Shown: piece by piece, positions 60,473 to 64,000 of the stretch
Position numbering within the stretch: the stretch's first letter is position 1
How the letters are laid out: each line of letters starts with the position of its first letter
Source of the DNA: Pelomyxa schiedti
Lineage: Eukaryota > Protista > Evosea
Length of the DNA stretch: 64,000 nt
Assembly (NCBI GenBank): GCA_020536535.1
Contig: JAHLWZ010000498.1
Location: forward strand, 27,998-91,997
Direction of reading: 5' to 3'
The notes under the pieces: generated by a model
What the model saw: the letters and a program-made list of their open reading frames with translations, nothing else
The model's database searches: none
Told to the model about the DNA's origin: nothing
Made by a program: the position numbers and the translations under genes

Positions 60473-61588
60473 TTATGACCAGTCAACATGAAGAGCGTAA
60501 GGATCCAGTTCAACATCAGGGGGAGGTCGAAGAGGCTGTCGAAGCAACCAGGCACCAGTTTCGGCATCACAGAGGTCGAGGTGTTTCGAATAATCCCACA
60601 ACACGACACAGCCACATCCGCATTGGAACCTGGTGTGTGGGTTCAGTGGAAACACACGGCATGGGTGGTCAAAGTCATCTGTCGAAAACACGTCCAGTTC
60701 TCTCTGAAAAAGTGAGATCCCCACTTCCATGAAGTGCCTTGAGTCAACTTTGAATGGTTCTGAGTCACAGGAACGCAGCTCTCGGTGTGAATTCACTGCG
60801 ACCCAGCTCTTCCAGTGTTTCTCAAATGGTGCAACAACAATAGTGCCATCCTTTGACAACAGAGCCATTTTCCTCAATTGTTGTCTTCCAAAAACACGTT
60901 GCTCTGTGACAACAAGCTCTTTTGATTCGTAGGTCATTTTCAAATCCACGCGCCACACCTCACTCTGCCTCACACCTTGGGAATTCCACACCTCGACATT
61001 CAACACAGCCTCATCACCATCCAGCATGTCCACCCACACTACGGTTGTGCCCTGTGGCATTCCTAAATCCAGCATTATACCTTCAGCGTGGGTAGAAGCC
61101 GGCCACAGAAATATTCTGTTGTCATTACCACGGAATGCGGCCCAGTTCCCTCCACTACTGAAAGACATTGTCCCCCATGGGTAGCGCCAGGGTGAGGGCA
61201 CGGCAGAATCGCCCCTCCCAGACCACCCAAGATAGAGGTTTTCTCGTGGCACGTCAGTCCTCGCCACGCGGACCACGCCGAGGGTCGATGACACTGCCAC
61301 CTGCCAGCACCACAACCAATCCTTTCCCCGGACCTCCACCCTCCGTGTTGCCCTCTGCCTCCCCCTGTTTTTCATCCTGGACACAACGCGCCCTTGGCGG
61401 CCCTGCACCCTCACCGCCACGACCTTTGCCACAGACATCACCCACCTGGCGCCGATTTCGTGCGCGAGGAGAAACCGGCTCAGCAGCCTCGCTCCGCTGC
61501 GCGCCCCGCACCGTGGCAGCAGCGTCCCCGCGCCAAGCGCAAAGACCTGGTCCCGCGCCCAGCCGACGTGGCTCGGCTCCGAGTCCAT
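60473..61588 (-). CDS. GWARDQ-family intronless hypothetical protein, copy 3
   Basis: 371-aa ORF, paralogous to copies 1 and 2, with internal deletions. Confidence 0.85.
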   Translation of the reverse strand: MDSEPSHVGWARDQVFALGAGTLLPRCGARSGARLLSRFLLAHEIGARWVMSVAKVVAVRVQGRQGRVVSRMKNRGRQRATRRVEVRGKDWLWCWQVAVSSTLGVVRVARTDVPRENLYLGWSGRGDSAVPSPWRYPWGTMSFSSGGNWAAFRGNDNRIFLWPASTHAEGIMLDLGMPQGTTVVWVDMLDGDEAVLNVEVWNSQGVRQSEVWRVDLKMTYESKELVVTEQRVFGRQQLRKMALLSKDGTIVVAPFEKHWKSWVAVNSHRELRSCDSEPFKVDSRHFMEVGISLFQRELDVFSTDDFDHPCRVFPLNPHTRFQCGCGCVVLWDYSKHLDLCDAETGAWLLRQPLRPPPDVELDPYALHVDWS

Positions 61589-62149
61589 GTCCCTTTAGAA
61601 AGTAAATTAAGTGATACCACCCGTTCAATTCGATTTTGTGGAAAAAAGAGGGTGTAAGAGGATGCTTCAGTTACAAGGAAGGAATCATCCTTCCAATACA
61701 AGAAAATCTCTTGAACTATCTGGAATAAATCAAAACCGTACTGGCTGGATTGCAGGAATCTCCAGAATGCGTGGTGAAAATGGAACGGAATTGAAGGAGA
61801 AAGAGCGATTGTGTGGGATTGTGGTGGCTGCCTATCATCCCTTTGGAGAAACTTATTTTTGCCCATGGTTCCTGTGCTAACTGACAACAGAGGAAATATT
61901 TGCAGACAAAGTTCCACACTGGTGGGTGGGTAGCCCACTGACATATATCACGTGATTATGGGAGGCACACAGCGGACTTGTAGTTCCCCTTTGTACGACG
62001 GCAGGCAGAAGAAGTTCTTTGATTCCTTCTGAGAACCGAGGTTGCTGTTGGAGAGTGGCTACACATAAATTGGCTTGCCGCCACGAATTGGGAAAAAGTG
62101 ACAGGTTTTGACAGTAGTCCCCTGGCACCAGTCATTTGCTCATGCACTG

Positions 62150-62670
62150 CACGAAGGAGGATATCATTTTTTCACGATAAATGACGAGTGTTTGGGCTGT
62201 GGGTCATTTGCATCTGTGTATGAATCTCACTTGTCCAACCAACAGGGCTGTGGTTTCCTGGTGTACTTCAGGTACAAGGCGTGCCCGTAACCATCAAAGT
62301 TCTTGTCTTAAAATTACACGTATTGCTCAGTTCACCTTCTGTAACACAAGTTGTGGACTGGCAGAAGTTCAAGTCATCATGTCTGTGCATCACAGAAACA
62401 TTGTTACTCTGCACGAAACCATATTTTCATGCCGCCATACAGACATACCGCCACTTGGCATCTACTCCTCACCGTATGATTAGTCACCTGAGTGCAACAC
62501 TTTATATCTTGTTCTTGAGTACTGCAACAATGATGATATGGACACCCGGCCAAATTCTTCATGGAACAACTTGGTGCAACAGTCGAATTTCCTAGGTCTT
62601 TATCAATAAACCATACCGATATAGCATGGGGTGTCCTCGAACTTCACAATAAAAACACAGAGTCTCGTCT
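62150..62670 (+). pseudogene. Degenerate Ser/Thr protein kinase fragment
   Basis: LGCGSFASVY (Gly loop), PVTIKV, EVQVIMSVHHRNIVTLHE, YLVLEYCNNDD, IAWGVLELHNKN; no HRD or DFG follows. Confidence 0.6.
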
Positions 62671-64000
62671 GGATACGCTGTGGGTCTCCTATTTCCTAGA
62701 CCCTCCACCATTCTCCTGTTCTAATTGTTGAATTTAGGTATATCTTGAAATACCGTAACCCCTTTTAACCCGAACCGAAAATCTTACACTGAAAAATGTG
62801 GATTTGTGTGGAGTTATTCTGTTTAAGGTACATATACTCTTGGTTTTTAAGCGCTAAGATACAAGTATATATGTTTGCAGGATACGCCCCTTCTTATGCC
62901 AAGTATTATGAAACGGTAAAATTTTCCCCGGAAAAACAAGTAGGAATCAAATAGACCTTTATCGGAGGATTCTCTGCTGTGTGAGTCGAACCCAATGACA
63001 ATAAACGACAAGTTGAGAAGTGCAAGAAACTAATGTGTATTTGTTTAGCTTCCTACTATGTCACTCCTGACACTGTCCCAGGATTTTCAAAGCAATAGTG
63101 CTGCTGAATAAAACTATTCGATAAATAGACCAAGAAGCATCTGTGGTCTATTCCCTTCAGTCTTCAGTCAGTTTCTTTGGCCCATTTTTTTTCCCCAGCT
63201 GTCGAGCACTCAACCAAGCTAATTTCGGTCTACATTCACCAATCTCTTACAACGCAAGATTCAACTCGGGTGTACAATGAACGACTTCGACAGTTCAAAC
63301 ACTGCCCCCGTACTTATGAAAAGGTGGCACCCCTTTATACTAAGCAACTGCACATTCCAATCCATATGACAGGGGAGTGCTCTCCTTGAACTTTTGCAAG
63401 AGATGCAGCTTCAAGCTCCTCCTAATCACATCAAAATTCTTGCCCAATGTGCGTTCCCTTACCATCATTTCCTTCCACTCTTAAATATCTCTCCAGTAGT
63501 TTGCAACAACTTGCTCTTCGAGACACTTCTTCTACTCTCCATAAATCAAAGACCCGGCCGGGTCAAAAGACCTTGTGCACTATTCCACAAGACCGCACTC
63601 CTCACGTTGGCTTCCTCGTCCTCCCCCGGTAAGCTAGTTAACTCACTCACACTGCCCTAACACCGCACAGAATATCTCAACCTACCAACCAAAACAAATG
63701 TAAGAACTACCGTAGTGGGGGCAGGGGTGCACAGCCCATCTTGGAGAAGAAAAACTCTTCCTGTGAATGCTTGTCCGTTGCCAGACTCAGAGTTCTACCG
63801 AAGGCAGCCGCTGCTGGGTTCTTCCCACTGGCCGTGTGTGTGCTTTTAAGATACTCGAGTCCTCAAGACAAGTTAAATCACAAACCCAAATACAACCTCG
63901 ATTACACCCAACAACAGAAAAAAGTTTGGCTTTCTACAGTCAAAAAAAAGTTGTTTTGGCTTCAGCATTCACTTTGGTTGTGATGAGAGAGCAGGCAGCA

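Noticed and set aside
1-64000. Alternative genetic code or stop readthrough suggested by fragmented ORFs
   Set aside because: Stops checked in UBR4, MORC, REV3 and NAGLU fall inside short GT-AG introns; the standard code suffices.

Overview
Gene-dense eukaryotic protist scaffold: standard genetic code, many ~35-60 nt GT-AG introns, GC-rich first exons and three 100-N gaps. Gene content and the GWARDQ family suggest an amoebozoan, possibly Pelomyxa-like (inference only). Manual splicing gives, in order: a UBR4/BIG homolog (5'-partial, stopping before its C-terminal E3 module); a cAMP-receptor-like GPCR; an actinoporin-like protein; a vanin/biotinidase; a GH77 amylomaltase fragment; a PAS-domain protein; an AIG1/FAR-17a hydrolase; an F-box-TMEM185-like membrane protein; MORC with two CW fingers; REV3; a dual-specificity phosphatase; a stand-alone PADR1 (PARP Zn3) protein; NAGLU; F-box-SPRY; a RING-Bbox-Bbox-coiled-coil-filamin-TLDc TRIM-like protein; and a tandem array of three intronless paralogs plus one decayed copy. 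The strongest leads are the intron-containing actinoporin homolog, the truncated or split UBR4, the mosaic paralog array with an identical 48-nt block, and several unusual ubiquitin-ligase domain fusions. All family calls come from motif recognition by eye, with no database search. No rRNA, CRISPR or intact mobile element was recognised.
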